Assembly: GCF_964355755.1 (NCBI RefSeq)
Contig: NC_092676.1
Location: 29,778,871-29,842,870 of the forward strand
Source: Antedon mediterranea
Lineage: Eukaryota > Animalia > Echinodermata
Direction: 5' to 3'
Length of the DNA: 64,000 bases
The notes beneath the pieces are model-generated. The model had not been told where the DNA came from and made no database searches. It worked only from the letters and a program-made list of their open reading frames with translations. The position numbers and the translations under genes are program-made. Position 1 is the stretch's first letter. The number at the start of each line of letters is the position of its first letter. Positions 27,903 to 40,200 of this stretch are shown piece by piece.

Positions 27903-28984
27903 TTAGTCCAGCCAGCGTTTCTGAAAACTATGTAATTGTGAGCTCAAGTATTATACGTATGGAACGCCATATGTGCCAAATATTTATCTGTTTGCTATTA
28001 TAAATTCGAATGATATTCGTGTTATACGCACGTAGGGTGGACGCTTGAGTACGATGTGTTCCGCTATAATATCTAGCCGATTCCCAATATACTGTATAAA
28101 AAAAGAATCGTGTATATATAGAAAAATCCCTGATACAGTATCATATGTGTAACACATGTGACAACTTGATAGGAGCAATGTCAAAGGTAACATAATTTAG
28201 ATGATATAGGACTCACATGACGCAATAACATAGAAAAAAAAATTTACAATATCATTCAACTTACCATTATTTCCTCTTTTTACGATTTGTAAAATGGTCA
28301 AATAGGCCTATGGTATGAAAGAACATAACATGTCAAAATGAAATCACAAAATACTAAGGCTCAAATTAAATACGAAACAGGATCATAATAAAATTTTATT
28401 TCGTAAAATTAACCATGTTTAAATGTATCTATAGACATTGGTATAATAATAATATTTATTATCAAATACCACTTGTCAGGAGCAATCAATCGGCATTGTC
28501 AAGTTATTAAGGTGAATCATGTGATCAGTATTTCAGCAAAGTTGGCGACCGAAGTGCAATTTTTAATATCTTCCGGAACTTTCTATGGAAAATTTACAAA
28601 AGAGGGTGTTTTAATGTAAATTAATTATTTTGTGGTACTTAAATGGTGATCTACCAGTACATTCTAGATAGACCATTAAAAGAGTATTAATTAGCATTGC
28701 ATTATTATGAATAATAATAATCTGTCAAATATCAAATAATAGGCCAAACCCTCGTTAGCATAAACTATTAACTAAAATGCCAATCAACATACTGTATAAC
28801 AACAGTTTATACACTCCTACAATTACAAATACACGAATTCATAAATAGAAAAAAAAACTGCTTTTCCAAATGGAAAACCGAAGGTAGAGTTCATGGACTA
28901 TTTTAAGGGCAGGTATGATGCGTGGGGCAGATTTTAGCAAGTTGTATAAATAAATCAAGGCAAAAATACAGCTAGAACACCAAC

Positions 28985-29092
28985 GCAACTCTTAACGCAT
29001 GTAATTTGATCACAGGCGCAAGTTGAAATATGTTCCTTGTGATTGGTAAAATTACTTGCGTCGCGCGTACGTCATTGCGCTGCGCCCACATC
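28985..29092. mobile_element. MITE family B, partial
   Basis: ttgtgattggtaaaattacttgcgtcgcgcgtacgtcattgcg. Confidence 0.6.
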
Positions 29093-29317
29093 GAAGGTAG
29101 AGTTTGAATTAAAACAGTGTTTGTGTCAATTCTGAAAATTGTTTGCAATTGGATATGTACATCAGCTTGTAATGGAATCCTTAAGATGTATGATATGTCT
29201 GGGGAGAGTGATACACATGTCTCCCTAGGTATAACTACATGGCACACATGCACTAGAACAATGGTGGTAGCCAAACAATGTCATTAATATTAAAATTATA
29301 TAAACGTTACCGTATAA

Positions 29318-29420
29318 AGCTCTGTCTACACTATCAAACTATTTGGAGAAAAAAAAAAGTGATGTACCCACCATAATATGGACATGATGATGTCATATCA
29401 CTAGTTTAATAATGTAGACG
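29318..29420. mobile_element. MITE family A, internally deleted
   Basis: Left TIR intact, decayed right TIR. Confidence 0.7.
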
Positions 29421-29656
29421 GATGAATGCATGGAGAATTAAACTACCATACAAAGTTGAAATATTCAGTGTCAACGAAAATAATACCTTTTTTAAATGAT
29501 TCATTATTAAGTATTGTTTCCAATATCAAGTCTTAATTACATATCAATGAACCATTCGATAGTACAGTGTTCTCGTTTGTGTTTTCTACTATTAATTCAT
29601 TAAATTAACTACAGGCCTCGAATTTCTTCCCAGAGAAACACTAGCCTGGATGTTCT

Positions 29657-29985
29657 AGGCTAATGACAAATTTAGGCCTACATAATAAAAACTGCTGACA
29701 TTTCTACAAAGTTACTGTCTAAATCAAAATGTTAAAATTAATTCTAAATTTAAAATGGTTGAATAGCGTTAACTTGCACATTTAATGCGTTACACATTAA
29801 CTTCTAAACGCGTTTTTTGGAAGGACTGGGCTAATGACTAATATGACTATAGACACAAAAACTGCTGATATTTTTACAAAGTTACAGTCTCAAAATGTTA
29901 AAATGAATTCGAAATGTAAAATTGTTGAATAGCGTTAACTTCCACTTGTAATGCGTTACACATTACCTTCTAAACGCGTTTTGGG
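29657..29985. repeat. About 170-bp diverged tandem duplication
   Basis: aaaactgctga..gttgaatagcgttaactt..aatgcgttacacatta twice. Confidence 0.8.
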
Positions 29986-30569
29986 AAACACTATTAGTAG
30001 TCTAAACCGTAACTACTGCTTCCAAAATTAGCTTGACTTGAGACGTGTGAAACAGTCTCAAGCATTAAGCACGAACTCTTCCTTCAAATTGTAAGATTTT
30101 ACAGCACATTAATGTACAAAAATTTAATTTACACGATGCACATGGCTAACTATTATCACAAACTTTATAATCTAACTTCAGTTCTTGTGAATAATTTACA
30201 ACACTGTTCATTCATTAATCATCCACACGTTCATAATTCAGACGTGAGAGATGAATAAAACGATTTTAAATATTATATTGTATGGTCGTTTTGTTCTGTT
30301 GAATGTATCATGTAACCTGTTTCTGTCAAAACGATCTTTCGGTTTCACAACGCGTCATGTAATTACGCAGCTGTCGAGTCGGAAAGTCATTCTATACCAC
30401 GCTTAAACACAATCGTGTGCAGAATGAATGAATGGCTCAATAGATGCGTGAATAAAGATACTGCACACGCGCGCGCCTGGCTGGAAAGGCAATCACAGCG
30501 TTCATGGACTATTTTAAGGGCAGGAATGTTGGTACGTGGGGCAGGATTTTAGCAAGTTAAAGCAAAGCA

Positions 30570-30691
30570 ACTCTTAACGCAAGTGATTTGACCAATCACA
30601 GGTGGCAGTTCAGATCTGTTCGTTGTGATTGGTCAAATTACTTACGTTGCACGTACGGTATTGCGCTGCGCCTCTTTATGGTAACCAAGCT
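30570..30691. mobile_element. MITE family B, partial
   Basis: ttgaccaatcaca..gtgattggtcaaa..aaccaagctt. Confidence 0.65.
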
Positions 30692-31659
30692 TAAAAAAAG
30701 AAGCAGTATCGAAAAAGATCCATTTCTCAATATACATTTAAATCGTAGAACTTTAAAACAAAATGGTAATTCATTTGCAGTCGACGATTCGTGAATCTGA
30801 TTTGGTGAATTATCTGTTAATAAAGCGGTTATTATTAATGCCTTATAGGCGCCTCTAATTTCCCTGCTAATTGGAACAACCTCTTATAAAACACATTTTA
30901 ACCCCACAGGGAGTGATTTCTATGATGTTTTAATCATTAAGTTAGACACGGTATGATTAGAAAGGGTTATTTTATGCAATAATTAAGCGTCGGTTCTACT
31001 GAGTTTGCAGGATGACATGGTATATAATAATACTGTACACCAGGGAGGCAACAAGCCTGTGGTCCTAGAATGGGTTTGTTAAGAATATGCTGGGAATTTG
31101 TGGCAGTGAATCTTAGCACAATCATAAAGGTGTCTTTTATCTTAAGATACATTTAAACCATTACCATGATCGGCCATATGTATGCCTTAGGTGGAATGTT
31201 CGGTCATGCTTTAGGTGGAGTTGGATACGCAGAGTTTGGTTAGTACTGTAAGATCATTTTCCCTTGCTGCACCCTCTCGAAAACAAGAAGAACCCATGAG
31301 CAATAGAGCTGTAATTACTAAGGTAAATTAGGGACGTCTTCAATATCAATCGTTGAGTAAATCTGTATTAGATATTCAGAGAGTAATTACTACTGTTCTC
31401 GTGGGGAAAGGAGAAAATAAATGTCTGCTGAGTGAACACGTAAACGTTAGGGCTTTAACCAGGTGTACGTCACTAATTAACACACACTACCACCATATCA
31501 TCAAATGTAGTTTTGAATGAACGAAAATGAAGAAGAAAGGAACCCGGATACCTGATGAATATTTCTAAGCTAATCTATAAAGACCAGCCTGCCTGTCTCT
31601 CCGCCGGAGCAGTAGGACTGGGCAAAATATGCCAATCTTCTCTCTACTCTCTTTTGTAA

Positions 31660-31728
31660 AGCGTGGTTCCCACTTAAACGCAACGCAGCGACGCAAAGTC
31701 CTGTATTGCGTAATAACAAGTGGGAACC
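31660..31728. mobile_element. MITE family B, minimal 70-bp derivative
   Basis: ggttcccactt...aagtgggaacc inverted ends. Confidence 0.6.
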
Positions 31729-32465
31729 GACGACGCACAGTGCCTTCTGCAAACAGGTTTGATGGATTAAAGAAAGAAACACATTTTTGTGGGATTATGG
31801 CTTTTGCATTTCTTGTATTACGATACTTTTTATCAAAGTTCTTTATTTGGACCATTTACGTATAATCTTTCTTTATCACACGCACATATAATTTGCATAC
31901 GTTTTTGCCAACATAGAATAAGTGTCATATAATATAGCATTAAAATTCAAAAAAATTTGAATTTAGAGAGAATATGGATAAAAAATACAGTATTTGTGAA
32001 ATGTTACCATATGGGTCAGCTTTCAAGATTAGTTAGTCATTTCAGGACATTCATGTAAATTATGAAATAAAGAGCTTTACGAAACATTATCTCCATCCGC
32101 CGCGTACATATCTAATACATCCAGGATATTACACTTGCAAAGTAATGTCATTGATGGATATGAACATGTTTTATTAAACATTTTCGTTTTTTGTCGCTTT
32201 GTATAGAAAGAACTACTGAATTTGGAACAGCTGTGATAATACGTATACAATTTAATGATCGATTTGTGCGTCAAGTCGCTATTGCGTAGGCCTCCTGCTA
32301 TAAAGTGGCCAGTGTAGTCGTGATATCAAAATATTCTGAAAAGGTGAACTCATAACAAATGTCGCAAAATGTTTGAAAAATCTACTACTGTACAAGACCC
32401 CAAATACCATATTCCTATATTTATACGACATGAATGCTCAGCTTGGGGGTAAGCTCTGTACACGG

Positions 32466-32650
32466 TAACGCTGTACGCAGCAAGTTTCGTCATACAAAAG
32501 TGAATTGAATACACAACTTGGGTACGCTGTACGCAGCAAGTGTCGTCATACAAAAGTGAATTGAATACACAACTTGGGTACGCTGTACGCAGCAAGTGTC
32601 GTCATACACAACTTGGGTACGCTGTACGCAGCAAGTGTTGTCATACACAA
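32466..32650. repeat. Minisatellite, 39-56-bp units
   Basis: acgctgtacgcagcaagtgtcgtcataca four times. Confidence 0.88.
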
Positions 32651-32932
32651 TACTTTGCATGACAACCCGGATGCATAGTATCTTATCATTAAATGTACTG
32701 AATGTGTTGTAATATAACATGTTTCTATATTTGCTTAGTACTATTTTTACCTTCTCATTTTAAGTGTTTTGTATTTGTTGCCTTGTTTTGCCCTGCATAT
32801 GCTTGGTCTTCCAAGCTGTGACCCGGGATGTTTGTTACATTCTTATATTAAGCACGTTAGCCACGAAGCTACAGCTCCACTATTTCAATTGCGTTTCCTA
32901 TGAGTTTTATAAAATAAATATGGGAAGATTAA

Positions 32933-33000
32933 ATCATTATTATTATTATTACATTTCTTTACCCAGGGTAGCAGTTTAAACTGGTTTTCATTGGGGCACC
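32933..33000 (-). mobile_element. CR1/L2-like LINE 3' tail remnant
   Basis: Minus strand: gccccaatgaaaaccag...ccctgggtaaagaaatg(taa)n. Confidence 0.4.
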
Positions 33001-33244
33001 ATTGTAAAAAATCTGTTCTTTTTCGCGTTTTGCCATCAGAATCAAGAGTTTCTTATTCGCCTGAAGTGTAACTCTAATCTTAGCGAATTTAAAAAAAAAT
33101 GTATTTTTTCAGTATTTGTAAAGTTATTATGTAATGTATGTTAAATGAAGCAGTAGCCTACCTTCATTTTCTTTAGTCACCCAGGAGTATAATAGGTACA
33201 TACAATCCATGAATACTAATACGTTTATTACAACAGCATCATTA

Positions 33245-33376
33245 AGCTTGGTTCCCACTAGGACTCAGCGCTCAAGGACGTACGCACAACGCAAGTAATT
33301 TGACCAATCATGACGCGTGTATCATCTAGACTGTCGCTTATGATTGGTTAACTCACTTTTAAGAGAGAACCAAGTT
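33245..33376. mobile_element. MITE family B
   Basis: aagcttggttcccactag...gaaccaagtt. Confidence 0.7.
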
Positions 33377-33995
33377 TTAGGACGTACTCCCGATAGATGC
33401 TAAATAAATAGCATTGCTTTTAAGTTGTGGGTAGCACAGTGTAACAAAGCCTATAGGATTGTTATATAAAGAACCACTATCATTTATAAATATATATTTT
33501 TACGAAATAACAATATTATATTTATCTTACATCCATATGGACAATAAATCATTTTGAAGTACCGGTAGGCCTATATGATTGTGTACTTGTAGAAATATAT
33601 TTTTAAGCAAATAGAGGGCGATAGACTACTTTAAAGTCATTTCTATCATGAAGCTCTTTTTTCTAAAGATTTCATTTTTAAATAAAAGTCAGTTAGGAGA
33701 TCTTTAAAAAAAATCTCAATTATTACTTTATTATTATTATTTGTTTTATGGATACCTTGATTTTATGAGTAATTATCATCAACTACAATAAAAGGAAATT
33801 CTAGTCATTTAGTGTGTCAATAAATAAGAAAAAATATTGATATATATACACAAACAATGATATAAATATATTATATAAAATAAAGAAAACAATAAAAGTG
33901 TAAAGTGAAATAAAGAAAATAAACTTTAAACCAATGCACTTTAAAGCACACGCTTAATCGTTAGAATCAAATAAATTCTAAATACTAATTTGTTT

Positions 33996-34230
33996 TTACA
34001 TCAATAATGAGTTTGAATTGGAAGTTAATGTGGGTATTACAACACCTTGTCGTTGTAGTTCTTTTAACACGTCTAGGATTGAATCTAACTCCGCACGAAA
34101 CCGCTGTAATTCGTTGTTTTTATCAAGTAGTAATTGTTGGTATGTTGTTAATTTTTGATTAGTTTCGGTCATCAACGTCTCCTGGGTTTTCTCCATCACA
34201 TTTTTCATTTCTTTTTCGCGGTCAAGATGT
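33996..34230 (-). CDS. CEP162: CEP162 terminal coding exon 28
   Basis: 235 nt to TAA, FRAELDSILDVLKELQRQGVV. Confidence 0.92.
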
Positions 34231-37200
34231 CTGAGAAGAAATATCAGATTGCAAGATTCATTCATCATATAAATACTTTTGTTACCAGATAATTGTTTAA
34301 TATCGCTGTAATTAGTGATTCAGATACTAAATGTGTCAAATTAACACGCACTCACCTCGTTTCCATGGCAATTATCTTGGCTTGCAACGCTTCAAAATGC
34401 TTCATTTGCTGCAATTAATGGAAACAAATTTGTTTACAAAATATATTAGTGGTTGAGTGCTGTTTGATCATGGATGTATCCTAACTCCATGGTTCCATGT
34501 ACAACACAACACTTCACTGCTATTCCATATATAATCAGGATTAACTCTGTTAAATTATTGTTCAATCATAGTCATTTTGAAAATATTGATGCGGTATACT
34601 GTTAAAATTGACTCTTAAATAAATTTTGAGCAACTGCTATGTCAACATTTCTTTTTGGACAGAATAAAGTAAAATACCAAGTATACCAAGTATATACAAA
34701 AAGAGAGAGAGTTTGTAAATAAACTTTCTCTGTAAAGATCCCTGCAATATTGTATATAGCAATGTAAATACATTGCTAAATAAATGTGAATGAATGGATG
34801 AGGTTCTTTTGTTATTCACAAAGTTTGCTATTGTATGCATCAAATACACACAAGGTATCAAAATGACCAGAATTTTACTTGGAATGTTTTAAACTACATT
34901 TGAACTTCTCCGGGTCGGTGCCGGGTGGCTAGAACAACCTGAAAGCAATGATTACTTTCATCACCTAATCTTTATTAATCCCCAAATACTCACTGGACTA
35001 TGACAAGCTTTTGCTTCTTTCAACTCTAACGACAAATGTTCTATTTGAACTTTTAGCGACTCTTCTTGTATCCTAGCAACAGCAAGGGCATCTGCATCTA
35101 TACGCAAACTTGACAGCTGATGCTGTAAATGTTTTATGGAAACCTAGCAGAGGCAAAAAAATGGTTTTCAGTAATAAGTGGTATATTAGATTATAGATAT
35201 TCAATTGAAGTTTTGTTTTTGTTTTCTCATTTCTATTAATTTTCATTTTGTTTTGTACGGTCTTGCACGGTCTGTCTGAAGAACACCCTTGGGTGAATCA
35301 AGTGTTTTTCCATGAGAAAATTAAGTATATTATATTATAATAAAAAAAAGTATACCAATGAAAAAAAATCAAACTTTACAGCTTGAATACATTCTAATCC
35401 TGTCCCACTAACACCACCCTAACCCCCAGCTCTTAACCTGCCTTCCCCCAGCACTCCCAATCCCTACCCCTCCCCCACCATCTCCCTACACCTCCCCACT
35501 TTATCTATTCCAATCTACCTACCTCTTGTGCTTCAACTTTGCTTTTTAATTTCACATTCACAGATTCTGAATTCTTTATCGCCGCTTCGCTAACAACTCT
35601 TTCAATTTCTTTTCTATGATTTAAATTTAATTGTTGAATTTCTTCCATTTTGTGCTCCCTTGCATGTCGTATAGCACACTCACTCTCGGCTAATGCTGCT
35701 TGTAATTTCAGTCTTTGTTGTTCCATTCCTATAGATAAGGTATTGCACTGCAAAACAAACAAAATATATACAGTCAACTCTGCCAATACTGGAAACTTTT
35801 GGGCTGGCCTAATATGTCTGGTAATGTGTTTCTAATGGTAAAATAAATTTGGGGACTTTTAGACCTCAAAAAAAGTCTGGTTTTAGGAGAGTTTCAAATT
35901 TGTTGGATAGTCCACTATCACCAACTAAAATATACATTATTTTACTAGCAATTCTTTAATGAAGTAGTTATGTTTTGTATATAGTAAAACATATTAGAAA
36001 GATACAAGTAGACAAACTGAACTGAAATTTATTTTATTCAATTTCTAGGTGTAACATAAAAACATTATATAAATATGTGTTAATAATGGAGTACCATGAG
36101 GATTGTCGACCATGCAAGCACCTCTTGCCAATGCTATCTATGTGGCTCTCCAATAGTCAAAACCACAAACACACAACATCATTACCTAAAATTTTCCCCC
36201 TAAAATAGCTTAATAGTTTTAACTATATAAAATTATTTAAAAATAGTTAAAACCTTAGTAATTGTTTGACTTACCTGTTCCCTAAGTTGTTCATTTTCTT
36301 GTATAACATCTGAGATATGAAGGCCAGCAAAGTTATTTGGTTGGTATACTTTAAGCTGCCTACCTACGTCTGTATCACTAGTTGACTTCTTACCTTTTTT
36401 GCTCCCTACAAATATATAAAACACTTTTTTTTAACAAGGATCATAGAGAGATGAAAGGAAAATTAATATTTATTTCATTTATATATATATTTTTTTTTTG
36501 CCTAATTAAGGAGATGTTGTGGATCAAAGAGATAAAACCTACACTCAATAAACAATCGGATTCCATCAAAGCTAAATTGTTTATCTAACTCAGTAGGGAG
36601 GAGCTAATTACTTAATTAGCCCCAAATTAGCATTTCCTGTCACCAAATTTGGTGCTTAGTGCACATAATTATTATTGTTTTGTATTCACTTGATCTTGAA
36701 AATGGTTCTATGATGGTACCGAAACGTCGATCTCTCTTTTTGTCATTAAATTTTATATTGAAAAAATATATTTTTAATAAATAAACATTTAATTCTTTCA
36801 CTACTTCATTTATTCTGAATTAAATATGAATAGTAAATATTTTATATTATTATTAAAATATACACTGGTCTACCAGTATGGAACATGTATTTGATATGCA
36901 ACACAAAAAACTTGTTTGATTTAATATAAGATTATTTTACAAAAATAATAATTTGAGTTCTATCGACAAAATATGACGATAATATAAAATACAGTATTAG
37001 TAATTCAGTAGTTTCAAAATATATTCATGTTACTTCGATAAAAGCAGTCAAAATTTATTTGAGTTTTACTGGAGACAAGTGGTTATATAGACAATAATTC
37101 TGAAATCTACTTTGCAATCTCGTAAAACACACATGTAAATATATTTCATTTGTGACATTAAATTTACATCATTTTATTGATATCCTTTGAGTACTGTTAA

Positions 37201-40200
37201 AAGTTTTTCACATTTTGAGGTTTTAAAATTTTGTTAAAATGCATTTCAAAGTAATTAATTTTTGCATTTAAATTTATATGATTGTTTTAAAGCTTTTTCC
37301 ATAAATGTAATTTATTGTTTAAATAAAATATTTTGGAAAATCCTGAAAATAATTGAATTGATAAAGAGTACTGAATACAGAAAGATAATTATGAGGCTTA
37401 TGGGTAAATGGCTTAAAACAAGACATGATACAAGTCTAGTGAATTAGAAGATATGTGGTGGTATAGGGATTTCAGATTGATTGACAGACAGACTTATTAC
37501 TAGACTCCTTTCCAGCAGTTCTTTTCTTCCGCCTAGCCTCCATTTACAGAAATTAGAGATTTCAGATTGACAGACAGACTTATTACTAGACTCCTTTCCA
37601 GCAGTTATTTTCTTCTGTCTAGCCTCCATTTCCAGAATTTAGAGATTTCAGATTGAAAGACAGACAGACAGTGTACATTTGAAAAGGAAAGTCACTGACC
37701 TTTAGTGGGTACTGGTTCATTGGTTGCCATGGCTGTCATTGATCCAACTCTTTCTTTCATCAACCTATCACATGTTCCTTTTAAAAGCTCAATTTCATGA
37801 TTTTTCTCATCCAATTCATTTATTAACTGTTTCAGTTGACTAGACTGCGCACCAGGTGTTTTGTAAGGTTCAGATCTATTACTAGACTCCTTTCCAGCAG
37901 TTATTTTCTTCTGCATAGCCTCCATTTCTAGCTCCATTTTCTGTATTTTGACTTTGTATCTATCTTTAATACTCAGTAGTTCCTTTTGTAATACTGTAAC
38001 ACTAGTATGAGGATGACTTTTGGCGGACGGATTTGTTGTGTAAATTGATAATTGGCTTTCCAGTTGCTTTATTCTATCCTCATATTGAATCTGAAGTATG
38101 AATGAAACACAAACCACATAAATTACACTACAGTGGGTCACTACCATTAAGAGTAAAAATAATTCGCAATCCAATATACATACAATATATTTTTTAAATT
38201 ACTAACTACTAAGCTAACCTTAATATTGTTAAATTTTTGTTCCATAACTCTAAGCCCTCTCTTTGCTTCTTCATCCTTTTCTTCAAGTTCTTCTTCCAGC
38301 TTGTGAACCCTGTTTTCCAGGTATGACATCGTGTGTGACTTGACTTTTGGAACACCATCATCTTGGGCCTGGCCTGGGGCTGAAGCAGCCGCATATATCA
38401 AGGCAGGTAAGGAATTTGGGTATCGCTTTTTAATAATTTCTTCCATTTCTCTTACCTAAAAAAAAACAATGTTATTAAGAGAAATATAATAATGAAACAC
38501 AAAAGGCTAATCTTAGTAAGCTGTGATTGGTCAATTTAAATTCTAACCTGTCTCTGAAGGTCTTGTATTCTGCGTGCATCTGCTGCTCTCTCTTTAGCTC
38601 TTCTCTGCGTTTCAGAATTCTTCTGGTTTTTCTATAAATAAAATGTTCTTTTTACTACTTTTTATGAACATTTCAATTACAATATTTTAATAGAAAACAG
38701 AAGAAAAAATTGAAGACATGGCTGAATGGCATAACGCAAGGGAAAAGTCATCTGGTTTAGCACTCCTTAAAGCTCAGGTACAGGCATTAATTTTAAATAT
38801 AATATTTGGTTAAATGTACATAAATCGAGACAAAAAAACATGAATTTCCCTTAATATGGTCAAATACAAAATTTGGCAAAATTCTTCAATAAAAACCAGG
38901 AAGACTTTTTTTCAGTAGTTAGGTAGTTAACCTAATGTAATAACATGTCTGGTGACTCCCTAGACGGTGAAAAAAGATGGTGGATATACAGTGGATAATT
39001 TTTGCTATAGCATGAAAATTAAAATCTGAAGTTGAATAAAAATATCAGAAATGTAATATTCAAGTTATATTACCTATATTTAGTCATCTGATTTTTACCA
39101 CACCGTTTATTTTTCATAGCTTTTTAAAATTCCTCTCTATTTACAAAATTTGTGTACAAAAGAATAGAGATTTTACTGTGTAATTTGAACTATCCCCCCA
39201 CTGATAAGAAAGTGCTTATTTTCAACAAGCTCGTGTAACACAAATAAAATCCCAAAAATTATGAAACATAGGGGAAACTATAGATCGATAATTATTGGAA
39301 TGTATGATCAATAGAAATGTTTTGCCCGCACCTGGCCTTTGAGCTCTGTCTACACTATCACACTTTATGTGACAAAAAAATGTGATGTGCCCATATATGG
39401 ACATGATGTCATATCACTACTATATTTGGGCACATCACACTTTTGTCACATAAAGTGTGATAGTGTAGACAGAGCTTAAGGAGCCTTCCAACGCTGGGTA
39501 GTTGCATTGGCTTAAGCTGTACCACCACTGACTTGGTGTAAATAAAATGTTAAATTCTAAATACCTCTTTTCTATAATTGTCCAATTCACTTTTCAGCAT
39601 TTTCAACTCTTCATCCTTCTCCTTCAATGACTGATAGTCTTTGTCTAAAAGATCTTGATTTTCTGCGTACCATTTCAGTTTCTTTTTTAGCTTCTCAACT
39701 TCTTCATCATAATGCTTTTGAAGACCCTGTAGAAAATGTACAAATGTATATACATATTGTTACTTGTATAAAATAGATTTCAACATAGTAATAATAATGA
39801 TAGTCTTATATAGCATCTAATGCAATCTTTCTAAACACTTTACACACACAAATGATCCATAAAATATCCTCAGATAACCAAAAAAAAAAAAAGAAGAAAA
39901 GAAGAAGAATCATTTACAACGTTCCATTCTCCAGCTCTTTGAAGCGTTCAATAGAGGTATTACAGTGTTTACAAAAATAGTTACAACATGCAGAATAAAA
40001 CACTTTAAAAATTTAGGTTAAAATGTACTTGTACCTGAAATTCATTGATTTTGTCATCTTGCATGGCTTGTATAGTATTCTGTGCTTGGTTTCGTTCTCG
40101 TATCATTAATTCTAACTGCTTTTTGATCTCGTTTTCTCCATCTTTCAATAACCGAACACGATGTTTCAACTCGGATTCCACAATCTATGGATAATAATAA

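Noticed and set aside
923-32979. Short 60-140 aa ORFs in the intronic and intergenic region
   Set aside because: No recognisable domains apart from the Myb remnant; many overlap MITEs or tandem repeats and are expected by chance
35275-35305. ctgaaga-cacc/ggtg hammerhead-like motif
   Set aside because: GAAA is missing and there is no stem I; more likely a LINE tail remnant or chance
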